Below, piece after piece: positions 1 to 9,964 of a DNA stretch of 64,000 nucleotides. Below the pieces are notes generated by a model. The model had not been told where the DNA came from and did not search any database. It was given only the letters and a program-made list of their open reading frames with translations. Location: positions 1-64,000 of the forward strand of contig JAVJQW010000058.1 in assembly GCA_040218735.1 (NCBI GenBank), given 5' to 3'. A program made the translations under genes and the position numbers. Every line of letters begins with the position of its first letter. The first letter of the stretch is position 1. Origin of the DNA: Deltaproteobacteria bacterium (GTDB lineage: Bacteria; Myxococcota; Kuafuiibacteriia; Kuafuiibacteriales; Kuafuiibacteriaceae).

Positions 1-136
1 GTTCGCGGCTTCGCCGGCCTCCGCGTTCGCGGCTTCGCCGGCCTCCGCGTTCGCGGCTTCGCCGGCCTCCGCGTTCGCGGCTTCGCCGGCCTCCGCGTTC
101 GCGGCTTCGCCGGCCTCCGCGTTCGCGGCTTCGCCG
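1..136. repeat. Perfect 24-bp tandem repeat GTTCGCGGCTTCGCCGGCCTCCGC, 5 copies plus 16 bp, truncated by the window
   Basis: Identical units at 1, 25, 49, 73, 97 and partial at 121; no spacers. Confidence 0.97.
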
Positions 137-210
137 CCCGCGCCCTCCGGCATCCCCGCGTACGCGTTCGCGCTCACCAGGAGCGCTCCGATCAGCGCGA
201 GCGCTCGCAT
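1..210 (-). CDS. Secreted protein with 8-aa tandem repeats (partial; continues beyond window start)
   Basis: Not in the ORF track. ATG at 210-208 overlaps the TGA of the upstream gene; reads MRALALIGALLVSANAYA (signal peptide) GMPEGAG then (GEAANAEA)n with no stop to the edge. Confidence 0.75.
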   Translation of the reverse strand, partial: MRALALIGALLVSANAYAGMPEGAGGEAANAEAGEAANAEAGEAANAEAGEAANAEAGEAANAEAGEAAN

Positions 211-926
211 CACTTCCCGCTGAAGTAGTCGTTGCGGTTCGCGTACAGGATGTTGAACGTCGTGAACGAGCCCTGCACGCGGCGCAGCTGCGCCGAGAAC
301 TCGGGCACGTGCTCGAGCAGGGCGTCGGTGCGGGCCACGGCGTCCTCCAGCTCGTCGAGCGCGCTCCGCATCGTCTCGAGCATCGCGAAGAAGCGTTCGT
401 TGTCGACGCGCTTCGTCACCTTCGTGCCGTCGGTGACCTCCGTCTTGCCGCCCTCGAAGCGCCCGGCCATCTCGCGGTCGCTCGTCGACAGCTCGTTCTG
501 CAGCAGCCCGCGCAGGACCCGCTTCAGCTCGGCGGCGTCGTCCGTCCCCACGTCCACGTTGCGCGGCGCCGGGGGCCGCTCCACGGGCATCTTCGGCCCG
601 ACGCTCCGCGGCGCGGCGGGCGCCTGGACCTGGACCAGCTGTCCCTCTTCGGATCGTTTGAGGACCTTCGCCGTCGCCACCCGCTTCCGCCGGCGCGACC
701 CAGAGCTCGCCGTGGGTTGGTAGGTGAACTGCCCGCGGGGTTTGTAGAGGTCGCACTTTCTCAATGTGGCGGGCACCCGGGGCAGCTCCGCCCGGAGCCG
801 GCAGGACCCCGCCGCGACCTCCTCGCCGGGGCGCGGATCATCGGATTTCCAGGCGATACAGCTCCCGCAGACGTTGGGCACGTCGAACCAGGATTCGGGG
901 TCCATCGGGTCCTTGTCGTCCGCCAT
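210..926 (-). CDS. Hypothetical protein with N-terminal Cys cluster (CGSC...C...C), possible Zn-binding
   Basis: ORF 210..968 trimmed to ATG (MADDKDP); translationally coupled to the next gene. Confidence 0.7.
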   Translation of the reverse strand: MADDKDPMDPESWFDVPNVCGSCIAWKSDDPRPGEEVAAGSCRLRAELPRVPATLRKCDLYKPRGQFTYQPTASSGSRRRKRVATAKVLKRSEEGQLVQVQAPAAPRSVGPKMPVERPPAPRNVDVGTDDAAELKRVLRGLLQNELSTSDREMAGRFEGGKTEVTDGTKVTKRVDNERFFAMLETMRSALDELEDAVARTDALLEHVPEFSAQLRRVQGSFTTFNILYANRNDYFSGK

Positions 927-1055
927 GGCTCGATCCGGGATGGAAGCACCGCCCCGCGCCCCGAGCAAGGCCCGAGCGATGTGACTGCCAGTACGTCATC
1001 TGACGGAAGTATCCGCTTTGACCGGGGTTTGGCGGGCGCCCTACGATAGCGCTCT

Positions 1056-3677
1056 ATGGTGCGTGTGCCCTTGGGGCGAGGCGTGAAGATTCGCGTCGCC
1101 GTGGTCGGTCTTCTCACGGCGATGTCGTGCGGCGGCGGCAGCTGCGGCGGCCTCGGCGGCTGCGGCGGTTGCAGCGACGGCTCCTACGAGTTCCCCGAGG
1201 GCGACCCGGCGCGACCGGACGCCGTCGTGCTCGACGACGTCCTCCGCGTCCGCATCACGCAGGACTTCCTCGACTTCATCCGCCCGCAGCTCCCGGCCGT
1301 CATCGGCTCGCAGCTCGGCAACCAGGGCGGCGGGATGTACGTCGACGCGAACAACATCCTCCACATCCCGATCCCCGACCAGACACTCTTCGACATCGGC
1401 GTCGCCGAAGCCGAGATGCGCGACGCCGAAGCGCTCCTCTGGCTCGACGACCTCAGCGATCGCCTCGACATCAAGTTCGAAGAACCCAACGGCGCCCGCC
1501 TCACGATCGACATGATCCGCATCGGCGTCCAACTCAAGCTCAAGGAAGACGTCATCGGCGCCGACAGCTCGTGCCCTGTCTTCGGCGACCTCGGTGGCCC
1601 GCCCGTCAAACACGCCGCCGAGATCTCCGTGAACGCGCTGATCGATCCCGGCGTGGGCCCGGACCCGGACTACAACCTCGACATCCAGATCGGCCTCGAC
1701 AGCATCGCGCTCGACGACCTCGCGGTCGACGTCGCGGGCAGCAGCGTCTACTGCCAGGAGCCCGAGTGCCGCGACTGCGCGGTCTCCATCGGCGGCACCT
1801 GCCTCGACCCCGGCGGTCGCTGCGTCGAGTGCGACATCTTCTGCGGCGGCATCACGAACGCCGTCGTCAGCCTCGCGACCTCGCTCATCGACCTGGTGCG
1901 CCCGCTCCTGAACAGCCTCCTGCGCCCGGTCATCGAAGGCATCCTCGGCGACCTCGTCAACGACCTGAACGGCAGCTCCGCCAAGGTCGAGTCGCAGCTG
2001 TCGCTCGCGGACCTCGCCGGCATCGAAGCGCTCCGCCGCGCGAACCCGCTCGGCATCTTCGCGGCGCCGGTGCCCGGTCGCTTCCCCGTCGTGAACCGCA
2101 GCGGCCTCGGGATGGAGATCACCATGAACGCCGGCGTCGAGGGTGAGAAGGCCGACTGCATCGGCGACCTCGCGCCCTTCATGCCGATGCCCGGCCCGGT
2201 GCCGGAGCCGCCCGCGACCGACTCGCGCAGCCGCCCGTATCACCTGTGGACCACGTTCGGCTCCACGTACCTCAACCAGTTCCTCTACGCGGCGCACCGC
2301 TCCGGGACGCTGTGCATGAAGCTGTCGAGCGAAGACGTCCGCGAGCTCACCGGCGGGTCGTTCACGCTCAACGCGTCGCTGCTGTCGCTGCTCGCGTCGG
2401 ATCTGTCGAAGCTCGCGACGGATCGCGCGCCGGTCATCCTCGAGCTCAAGCCGCGCAACCCCGGCTTCATCGAGCTGGGCTCCGGCCAGGTCGTCGGGAT
2501 GGATTCGATGGGCAACGAGATCTACGACTGGCTGATGCAGCTGACGCTCGATGACATCGGCGTCGCGTTCCACGTCTTCAGCCACGACCGCTACGTGCGT
2601 GTCTTCGAGGTCACGACCGACGTCTTCATCGGCCTCAACGTCAACGTCCTCCCGGACAACACCCTCCAGGTCGAGGTCGGCGAGCTGCGCATCGACGACT
2701 TCGCGGAGGAGTTCAACGAGGTCGTCCCGAACGCGAACTTCGCCGAGGTGCTCCCCACGCTCCTCGACCTCGCGCTCGGCGCGTTCCTCAACCAGTCGCT
2801 CACGTTCGACCTCGACATCGCGGACGTCGTCTCCGATGCCCTCGGCGGCGCGCCGATCTATCTGCGCGTCAACGAGATCGGCCGCGACGGCGTGCAGGAG
2901 GACTACCTGTCGCTGACGATGACGATGACCTCGTCGCGCACCACGAACCTCACGCTCGCCGCCGAGACCTACGCGCGGCTGCACCCGACCGAGGACGGCC
3001 TCGTGGAGCGCGTCGACGGCGTCATGACGCCGACCGGTCGCATCCGCCTGATCGTCGGTGAGGGCCTCCCGTACGACGAGCAGCGCGCGCTCGAGTACGC
3101 CGTTCGTGTGGACGGCGGGCTGTGGCGTGCGTCGCGTCCGGCGCGCCCCGACGGCACGCTCTTCGTCGCCGACCCGAAGCTGAAGATGCCCGGGCCGCAC
3201 CTCGTCGAAGTGCGCTCGCGCTACGCGGGTGACTACACGTCGCTCGACGTTTCGCCGGCGTCGATCCACGTCGTCGTGGATCCGTTCGCCCCGCAGATCC
3301 GCGCGCTGCACGAGGACACCGGCGTGCGCGTCGACGTCGTCGACCTCGACACCCTCGACGTCTCGCAGCTCGTGCTCGAGGCGAAGACGGACGATGGCGC
3401 GTGGTACGCGGTCGACGTCCAGCCGTGGTCCGAAGGCACCGCGCGCGGCGTGCTCGCCTACGGTGAGCTCGGCGGCGCGGACATCCTGCAGCTCCGCGCT
3501 CGCGACCCGAAGGGCAACGAGAGCTCCGTCGCGACGGTGCGCCTCGGCCTGCAGGCCGAGACGACGACCGAGCCGCAGGCCACCGGCTGCGCGTGCACGG
3601 CGTCCGAGTCGAAGAGCGGCTTCGCCTGGTTCGCGCTGCTCGGGCTCGGACTCTTCTTGCGCCGCCGCCGCGCTTGA
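1056..3677 (+). CDS. Large surface protein with N-terminal Cys/Gly lipoprotein-like motif and C-terminal MYXO-CTERM sorting signal
   Basis: N-terminus ...LLTAMSCGGGSCGGLGGCGGC; C-terminus GCAC...hydrophobic helix...RRRRA. Confidence 0.85.
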   Translation: MVRVPLGRGVKIRVAVVGLLTAMSCGGGSCGGLGGCGGCSDGSYEFPEGDPARPDAVVLDDVLRVRITQDFLDFIRPQLPAVIGSQLGNQGGGMYVDANNILHIPIPDQTLFDIGVAEAEMRDAEALLWLDDLSDRLDIKFEEPNGARLTIDMIRIGVQLKLKEDVIGADSSCPVFGDLGGPPVKHAAEISVNALIDPGVGPDPDYNLDIQIGLDSIALDDLAVDVAGSSVYCQEPECRDCAVSIGGTCLDPGGRCVECDIFCGGITNAVVSLATSLIDLVRPLLNSLLRPVIEGILGDLVNDLNGSSAKVESQLSLADLAGIEALRRANPLGIFAAPVPGRFPVVNRSGLGMEITMNAGVEGEKADCIGDLAPFMPMPGPVPEPPATDSRSRPYHLWTTFGSTYLNQFLYAAHRSGTLCMKLSSEDVRELTGGSFTLNASLLSLLASDLSKLATDRAPVILELKPRNPGFIELGSGQVVGMDSMGNEIYDWLMQLTLDDIGVAFHVFSHDRYVRVFEVTTDVFIGLNVNVLPDNTLQVEVGELRIDDFAEEFNEVVPNANFAEVLPTLLDLALGAFLNQSLTFDLDIADVVSDALGGAPIYLRVNEIGRDGVQEDYLSLTMTMTSSRTTNLTLAAETYARLHPTEDGLVERVDGVMTPTGRIRLIVGEGLPYDEQRALEYAVRVDGGLWRASRPARPDGTLFVADPKLKMPGPHLVEVRSRYAGDYTSLDVSPASIHVVVDPFAPQIRALHEDTGVRVDVVDLDTLDVSQLVLEAKTDDGAWYAVDVQPWSEGTARGVLAYGELGGADILQLRARDPKGNESSVATVRLGLQAETTTEPQATGCACTASESKSGFAWFALLGLGLFLRRRRA

Positions 3678-3813
3678 TCTCTCGGCTCGGCTCCGTTACG
3701 ACTATCCGCGGCGGCGAACAGCTGCCTTCTATGACCCTGCGCTGACCTCGACTCCCCTGCTTCGAATCGAGATGCACGCTCCCCATTCCTGGGAGCGTCC
3801 GCGGAGGTCTATT

Positions 3814-4344
3814 TTGAGAACACTCGACTACTACGTCGCCACGTCCATCGACGGCCGCATCGCCGCCGACGATGGCTCCTTCGACCACTTCCTCTTCGAC
3901 GAAAAACACGTCCACGACTTCTTCGCCGACCTCGAGGCGTACGGCACCGTCGTCATGGGCCGCGCCACCTACGAGGTGGGCCTGGCCGCGGGCAAGACCA
4001 ACCCGTACCCGTGGCTCGAGACCGTCGTGTACTCGAAGTCGCTCGGCGCGAGCCCCGACGAAGCCGTGCGCGTCGTCGCGGACGACGCCGTCGAGTCGGT
4101 GCGCGCGCTGAAGGCGGAGGACGGCAAACCGATCTGGTTGTGCGGCGGGTCGAAGCTCGCCGCGTCGCTCTACGAGGCGGACCTGATCGATCGCTTGATC
4201 GTGAAGATCAATCCGGTGCTCTCGGGCGGCGGGATGTCGTTGGTCGGCGCGAGCGGCGAGACCAAACGGTACGCGCTCGTCCGTCAACAGACGTACGCCA
4301 GCGGCATCGTCGTCCTGACGTATGAGCGAGCGTTAGCCAACTGA
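3814..4344 (+). CDS. Dihydrofolate reductase-like / RibD C-terminal family protein
   Basis: TTG start after GGAGG; YYVATSIDGRIA, VVMGRATYE, IWLCGGSKLA, NPVLSGGG motifs. Confidence 0.9.
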   Translation: MRTLDYYVATSIDGRIAADDGSFDHFLFDEKHVHDFFADLEAYGTVVMGRATYEVGLAAGKTNPYPWLETVVYSKSLGASPDEAVRVVADDAVESVRALKAEDGKPIWLCGGSKLAASLYEADLIDRLIVKINPVLSGGGMSLVGASGETKRYALVRQQTYASGIVVLTYERALAN

Positions 4345-4431
4345 CGGCACGCCGCTTGCTCTTGGCGTAGACAACCACGGGCAGGCGGCGCCGACGCGAA
4401 CGTCGGAGCCATCGTGGAAGGAAGACCAACG

Positions 4432-5601
4432 ATGATCCGACTCTCCGCACGCGTCGGTGCATCCGTCCTCGCGCTCGCGCTCAGCGCAGCGTGCTCCGGC
4501 GGCACCGACGACGACGACAACACCACGATCGACCGCGACGCCGGCGTCGCCGAGCGCGACGCCGGCGCGCCGCGTGACGGCGGCCCCGTCGATCCGTGCG
4601 GCCCCTTCGCGCATGAAGATAGCGCGGGCACCTGCACGAGCAGCGTGGCGTGGACAAATGGCCCACCGATCCCGGGCGCACGCGATCACCACGCGACGAC
4701 GATCTATCACTTCGGCGACACGCCCTACCTCGTGGTGTCCGGCGGTGGTCGCCACTCGTTCGAAGAGTTCTACAACGACATCCACCGGATCGAGCTTTCG
4801 GACGACGGACGACCGATCGGCGCGTGGGAGCAGATCGGGACGCTCCAGAGCCGGCTCGCCGGCCACACGATGCAGATCCGCGACGGTCGCATCTACGTGC
4901 TCGGCGGCGCGACGATGGAGGGCCGCTACCCGTACGTCTACTCCGCGTGGATCACGAACGAAGGTGAGATCGGCTCGTGGCGTCCGGAGCCCGAGATGCC
5001 GACCGGCGTCTGGCACCACCAGTCGTTCTTTCACGACGACTACATCTATGTCGTCGGCGGCCAGTGGGGGAACGAGCGCGCCTCGAACGAGGTCCACCGC
5101 GCGGCGATCGTCGATGATCACCTGGAGGACTGGGAGTCGCTCGAGCCGCTGCCCGCGGTGCGCTCGCACCACGGCACGGTCGCGACGGACGACGGCATCT
5201 ACGTGCTGGGCGGTCTGGAGGACAGCGACTTCCGCGCTCAGATCATGCTCGGGCGCTTCGACGCCGAGGGGCGCGTGACCGCTTGGGAAGATCTCGGCGC
5301 CATCCCCGGCGACGGCCTCGTGACGCCGTCGGTCGGCCTGTTCGACGGTCGCATCTGGGTGGTCGCCGGCCTCACGGGTTCGCTGGAGTTCGTCGGCACC
5401 GTGCTGTCGGCCGAGATCTTGGCCGACGGTACGGTCGGGCCGTTGGTCGAGACGCCGACGCCCATCCCGGAGGGACGCGGCCACGTGCACCAGCTCCCCG
5501 CGCTGAACGGTCGGATGTTTCTGGTCGGCGGGCGCAGCGGCCTGAACCTGCTCGGGCGCTTTCAGTCGTACGACAGCTTCTGGGTCGGCACTGTTCGCTG
5601 A
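4432..5601 (+). CDS. Kelch-repeat beta-propeller lipoprotein
   Basis: Lipobox SAAC; repeated IYVLGG/IYVVGG/IWVVAG/MFLVGG blades. Confidence 0.85.
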   Translation: MIRLSARVGASVLALALSAACSGGTDDDDNTTIDRDAGVAERDAGAPRDGGPVDPCGPFAHEDSAGTCTSSVAWTNGPPIPGARDHHATTIYHFGDTPYLVVSGGGRHSFEEFYNDIHRIELSDDGRPIGAWEQIGTLQSRLAGHTMQIRDGRIYVLGGATMEGRYPYVYSAWITNEGEIGSWRPEPEMPTGVWHHQSFFHDDYIYVVGGQWGNERASNEVHRAAIVDDHLEDWESLEPLPAVRSHHGTVATDDGIYVLGGLEDSDFRAQIMLGRFDAEGRVTAWEDLGAIPGDGLVTPSVGLFDGRIWVVAGLTGSLEFVGTVLSAEILADGTVGPLVETPTPIPEGRGHVHQLPALNGRMFLVGGRSGLNLLGRFQSYDSFWVGTVR

Positions 5602-5674
5602 GCGCGGAATGCGCGCGCAGGGGCCCCTGTTCCTTGTCGGGCCGCCGAGAAATGGGTAGCCCTGATGCTGACCC

Positions 5675-7087
5675 GTGAGCCTGGACAGGAAGACGTTCGA
5701 AGGTGCCGTGCTGCTCGTCGTGGACGACGAGCCGGAGCACGTCCTCTCGCTCCGCCGCCTCTTCGAACGCGAGGGCGCTACCGTTCACACGGCGACCTCC
5801 GGTGAGCTCGCGCTCGACGTCGTCCGCAAGGAACCGATCGACCTGATCGTCTCCGACCTGATGATGCCCGGGATGAGCGGGCAAGATCTCTTGCGCGCGG
5901 CGCGGGCGATCCGCTCGCAGGTCGACGTCATCGTGATGACCGCGTACGCCACGGTCGAAAACGCCGTGGAGGCGATGCGCGAGGGGGCGTACGACTTCAT
6001 CCAGAAGCCGTTCAAGTCGGCGTTGATCCTCCGCGTCGTGGAGCGCGCGCTCGAACGTCAGGCGCTGCGCGCCGAGAACGTGCTGCTGCGGAAGGAGCTC
6101 GCCGAGGTCTCCCCCGACAACGTGCGGGGGCGTCCGATCATCGGTCGCTCGCCCGCGATGCTCGCGACGCTCGAGACGATCCAGCAGGCCGCGCCGTCCA
6201 CCGCGACGGTGATGCTGCTCGGCGAGTCGGGCACCGGTAAGGAGCTGCTCGCGCGCGCGCTGCACGAGCAGTCGCAGCGGCTCGAGGGGCCTTTCGTCGT
6301 CGTGAACTGCGCGGCGCTCCCCGAGACGATCCTCGAGTCGGAGCTGTTCGGTTACGAGAAGGGGGCGTTCACCGGCGCGACGCAGGCGAAGGAGGGCCGC
6401 ATCCAGCGCGCCGACGGCGGAACGCTGTTCCTCGACGAGGTCGGTGAGCTCTCCGCGCCAGTGCAAGCCAAGTTGCTCCGGGTGTTGCAGGAGAACGAGA
6501 TCGAGCGGCTCGGTGGGCACGAGCCGATCTCCGTCGACTTCCGCTTGGTCTCTGCGACGAATCGCGACCTGGAGGCGGCGGTCAAGGAGGGCACGTTCCG
6601 CGAGGACCTCTACTACCGCCTCAACGTGATCGAGGTGCGGTTGCCGCCGCTGCGCGAGCGCCCCGAGGACATCGCGCTGATCGCCGAGCACTTCATTCGC
6701 CTCTACGCGAAGAAGAACAACAAGACGGTGCGCGGCCTGACGGAGGACGCGCGCGACAAACTCGTTCGCTACGGCTGGCCGGGGAACGTGCGCGAGCTGG
6801 AGAACGTCGTGGAGCGCGCGGTGGTGCTCACGCGCGACGAGGTCATCGACGTCGCCAACCTCCCCGCGCCGGTGCAGAACGCCGTCGTCGAGCGGGGTGA
6901 GGTGCACCGCGAAGGGAAGAAGATCGTCATCCCGATCGGCACCAAGCTCGAAGAGGTCGAGCGCTTCATGATCCACGAGACCCTCGAGGAGACGGGCGGC
7001 GACAAGAGCCTCGCGGCGCAGCTCCTCGGGATCGCGGCGCGCACGATCTACCGGAAGCTCGAAGCCGAGCGGAAGTCGGACGACTGA
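5675..7087 (+). CDS. NtrC-family sigma54-dependent response regulator (REC-AAA+-Fis HTH)
   Basis: LLVVDDE, DLMMP, GESGTGKE, GAFTGA, WPGNVREL, C-terminal HTH. Confidence 0.96.
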   Translation: MSLDRKTFEGAVLLVVDDEPEHVLSLRRLFEREGATVHTATSGELALDVVRKEPIDLIVSDLMMPGMSGQDLLRAARAIRSQVDVIVMTAYATVENAVEAMREGAYDFIQKPFKSALILRVVERALERQALRAENVLLRKELAEVSPDNVRGRPIIGRSPAMLATLETIQQAAPSTATVMLLGESGTGKELLARALHEQSQRLEGPFVVVNCAALPETILESELFGYEKGAFTGATQAKEGRIQRADGGTLFLDEVGELSAPVQAKLLRVLQENEIERLGGHEPISVDFRLVSATNRDLEAAVKEGTFREDLYYRLNVIEVRLPPLRERPEDIALIAEHFIRLYAKKNNKTVRGLTEDARDKLVRYGWPGNVRELENVVERAVVLTRDEVIDVANLPAPVQNAVVERGEVHREGKKIVIPIGTKLEEVERFMIHETLEETGGDKSLAAQLLGIAARTIYRKLEAERKSDD

Positions 7088-8043
7088 TGGACAGCGGACT
7101 CGCCTGTCCGGTGCACGCGGACGCGGCGCTCACGTCCGGGGTCGAGCGGGCCTCGGATCAGTTCTTCGGGATCGGCGACGCGTACGCGTACAAACGCTGC
7201 GGCGACTGCGGCGCGCTCGTCCTCGACCCACGCCCTTCACCGAACGAGATCGGTCCGTACTACGCGGGTTATTACACTGAAGATACGCTCGCGCAGCTCG
7301 AGCGCCGCGCGGCGAACGGCAAACGCGTCGGCATCGCGGGGCGGCTCCGCGCGCTGGGGACGATCCGCCGGCTCACGAAGCTCGGCGTGAAGATCGGGCC
7401 CGAGCACAAACTCCTCGACGTGGGCTGCGGTCTCGGCGGCTTCGCGCGTTACATGCGGCAGTTCACGCGCGTGCAGGCGCACGGCGTCGACTTTTCACCA
7501 GAGTGCGCCGCGTTCGCGAAGAAGGTGCACGAGCTCGACGTCGACGTCGGCGAGCTGTCCGCGCAGGGCTACGAAGACGGCGCCTTCGACTTCGTCACGA
7601 GCTGGCACTACCTGGAGCACGTCTACGATCCCGCCGCGGAGATCGAGCGCATGGCGCGCCTGCTGAAACCGGGCGGCTGGTTCATCTCGGAGACGCCGAC
7701 CAACGATGTCCTCGCGAAGATCTTCGGCCGGCACTGGCTCTACCTCATGCCGCCGACACACCTGTACCACTACCGCCCCGCCACGATGCGCGCGCTGGTC
7801 GAGAAGGCCGGCCTCGAGGTGGTGCACGTCGCGCGCCCGTGGTTCCCGGGCGAGCTCGCCGGCAGCCTCACCTTCGCGGCGGGCGTGCGCGGCTTCGTAC
7901 CGAAGGTCTTCAGCCCGAACCGGAGCAAGCTCCTCACGCTCGGGTTCTTCTTGCAGATGGTCTACGACGTCCCGGCCACTCTGCTCCTAGCGGGCCTCGG
8001 TCGCTCGGGCTTGATGCGGGTGTACGCGAGGAAGCCGCTCTAA
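7087..8043 (+). CDS. Class I SAM-dependent methyltransferase with N-terminal Cys motif
   Basis: LLDVGCGLG, WHYLEHVYDP, CPVH...CGDC; coupled to the upstream stop. Confidence 0.9.
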   Translation: MDSGLACPVHADAALTSGVERASDQFFGIGDAYAYKRCGDCGALVLDPRPSPNEIGPYYAGYYTEDTLAQLERRAANGKRVGIAGRLRALGTIRRLTKLGVKIGPEHKLLDVGCGLGGFARYMRQFTRVQAHGVDFSPECAAFAKKVHELDVDVGELSAQGYEDGAFDFVTSWHYLEHVYDPAAEIERMARLLKPGGWFISETPTNDVLAKIFGRHWLYLMPPTHLYHYRPATMRALVEKAGLEVVHVARPWFPGELAGSLTFAAGVRGFVPKVFSPNRSKLLTLGFFLQMVYDVPATLLLAGLGRSGLMRVYARKPL

Positions 8044-8945
8044 CGTCCTCGGGGGCGTCGATAACGGACCGCGTCGACGAACAACCGGAACGCGGGCGAA
8101 GCGGTGTGCCGGTTCGCGAAGTAGAGGTGGTAGCCCGGCAACGGCGGGAGTCGTTTCGGGAGGATCGAGACGAGGCGTCCGCCCTCGATGTGCGGATGCA
8201 CCTGGTCCAACGGAAGGTACGCGAGCCCGACACCCGCCAACGCCGCGTCGAGGATCATGTCGATCGTGTTGAGGACGAGGGGGCCCTCGACTTTGATGTG
8301 TTTCGTTCGACCGCGTTCGACAACGCGCCACGCGTTGACGGTGTCCCTCGTCGGAAGGCGCAGGTTGATGCAACGGTGGTCCAGGAGATCACGCGCCTTC
8401 TTCGGCGCGGGGGATCGCTCCAGGTAGTCGGGTGAGCCGACGATCGCCATGGGGATGTCCGGTGAGATCCGAACGGCCACCATGTCGAGCTCCACCTGCT
8501 CGCCGATTCGGACCCCAGCGTCGAAACGATCACTCACGACGTCGGCCAACGTGTAGTCGCAGACCACTTCGATCTGGATGTCCGGGTGCTCGAGGAGCAG
8601 CGGCGCGATCGCCGGACCGATGACCGTCCTCGCCGCGTGCTCGACGGCCGTGATGCGAATGACCCCTGCGACGCGGTCTCGGAACTGACTGAGTCCGGTC
8701 AGCTCGACGTCCAGTCGATCGAGCATCGGCCCGGCGCTCGCGAGGAGGTGCTCGCCCGCCTGCGTCGGCGCCACGCTCCGCGTCGTGCGGTCGAGGAGCC
8801 GCACGGCATACCGCTCTTCGAGTCTTCGAATGACCTGGCTGAGCCCCGACTGGGACATGCCCAAGCGCGACGCCGCTCGGGTGAAGCTGCCCTCGCGGGC
8901 GACGGAAACGAACGCCGCCAGGTCCGCCAGATCCTCACGTTGCAT
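8040..8945 (-). CDS. pgrR: LysR-family regulator, PgrR(YcjZ)-like
   Basis: SFTRAA...SQSGLSQVIRRLEE...RTTRSV HTH; RITAVEHAA, PDIPMAIVGSPDY; divergent from a ycjY-like gene as in E. coli (from recall). Confidence 0.85.
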   Translation of the reverse strand: MQREDLADLAAFVSVAREGSFTRAASRLGMSQSGLSQVIRRLEERYAVRLLDRTTRSVAPTQAGEHLLASAGPMLDRLDVELTGLSQFRDRVAGVIRITAVEHAARTVIGPAIAPLLLEHPDIQIEVVCDYTLADVVSDRFDAGVRIGEQVELDMVAVRISPDIPMAIVGSPDYLERSPAPKKARDLLDHRCINLRLPTRDTVNAWRVVERGRTKHIKVEGPLVLNTIDMILDAALAGVGLAYLPLDQVHPHIEGGRLVSILPKRLPPLPGYHLYFANRHTASPAFRLFVDAVRYRRPRGR

Positions 8946-8963
8946 TCATCACCTGAGTGATGA
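8946..8963. promoter_or_regulatory. Dyad TCATCAC-ctga-GTGATGA, probable LysR operator
   Basis: Perfect 7-4-7 inverted repeat abutting the LysR start in the divergent intergenic region. Confidence 0.55.
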
Positions 8964-9033
8964 GTTCAATCGATTCTGTGCGATTGTTCAATAGGAGGTC
9001 CGCGCCTAAGTTGGTCGACGAGGAGACAACGAA

Positions 9034-9954
9034 ATGTCGAAAATCACCTTCCAGAACACCAACAACCCTTCGATCACGATGTCGGCGATCATCGAGCTGC
9101 CGCCGCAGTTCGACGAGACCCAGGTCTACCCGGCGGTCGTCGTGTCGCACCCGGGCGGCGGCGTGAAGGAGCAGACCGCGGGCACCTACGCGCGGCGGCT
9201 GGCGGCGCAGGGCTTCGTGGCCATCGCGTACGACGCGTCGTACCAGGGCGAGAGTGGTGGCGTGCCGCGGCAGCTCGAGAACCCGCACGTGCGGACCGAG
9301 GATGTCAGCGCGGTCATCGACTACCTGACCACGCTGAAGTTCGTCGACCGCGAGCGGATCGGTGCGATGGGGATCTGCGCTGGCGGCGGCTACACGGCCA
9401 ACGCGGCGATCAACGACCATCGGATCAAGGCGGTCGCGACGGTGAGCGCGGTGAACATCGGCGCGATGTTTCGTAACGGCTGGGACAACAACGTCGCCGA
9501 CGCCGACGCGTTGCCGACCATCCAGGCGGGCTCCGCGGCGCGCACCGGCGACGCGTCGAGTGATGAGCTCGCGCGGATCCCGCTGGCCCCGTTGCGCGAA
9601 GAGGACGCGCCGAACGAGGAGCTGCGCCAGGCGTGGGAGTACTACCACACGCCTCGGGCGGAGCAGGCCACCGCGCCGGGCTACGCCACCGCGCGCAGCC
9701 TCACGCAGATCATCCCCTACGACGCGTACTTCAAGGCGGAGGCGTTCCTCACGCAGCCGCTACAGGTGGTCGCCGGGAGCGAGGCGGGGAGCAAGTGGAT
9801 GAGTGACGATCTGTTCGCGCGGGCTGCGAGCGACGACAAACACTTCCACGTGGTCGACGGGGCCAACCACATGGACCTGTACGACGGAAAGGCGTACGTC
9901 GAGGAGGCGACCACGGTGCTGGGCACGTTCTTCGCCAGCCACCTGCGAGCGTAG
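9034..9954 (+). CDS. ycjY: Alpha/beta hydrolase, YcjY-like
   Basis: HPGGGVKEQTAG, GICAGGGY nucleophile elbow, GANHMDLYD; RBS GAGGAG. Confidence 0.9.
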   Translation: MSKITFQNTNNPSITMSAIIELPPQFDETQVYPAVVVSHPGGGVKEQTAGTYARRLAAQGFVAIAYDASYQGESGGVPRQLENPHVRTEDVSAVIDYLTTLKFVDRERIGAMGICAGGGYTANAAINDHRIKAVATVSAVNIGAMFRNGWDNNVADADALPTIQAGSAARTGDASSDELARIPLAPLREEDAPNEELRQAWEYYHTPRAEQATAPGYATARSLTQIIPYDAYFKAEAFLTQPLQVVAGSEAGSKWMSDDLFARAASDDKHFHVVDGANHMDLYDGKAYVEEATTVLGTFFASHLRA

Positions 9955-9964
9955 GCGACGACCG

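Noticed and set aside
1-136. CRISPR array
   Set aside because: Units are head-to-tail with no spacers, in frame in a CDS, and no cas genes are present.
1041-3311. Long antisense and alternate-frame ORFs (also 5372..6976, 15796..17349, 17797..19728, 24916..26769, 51776..53545, 60749..63472)
   Set aside because: Arg/Ala-rich shadow ORFs expected in high-GC DNA opposite well-supported genes.
3777-3798. Hairpin ACGCTCCC/GGGAGCGT before the DHFR-like gene as a riboswitch
   Set aside because: A single 8-bp stem with no recognisable aptamer motif.
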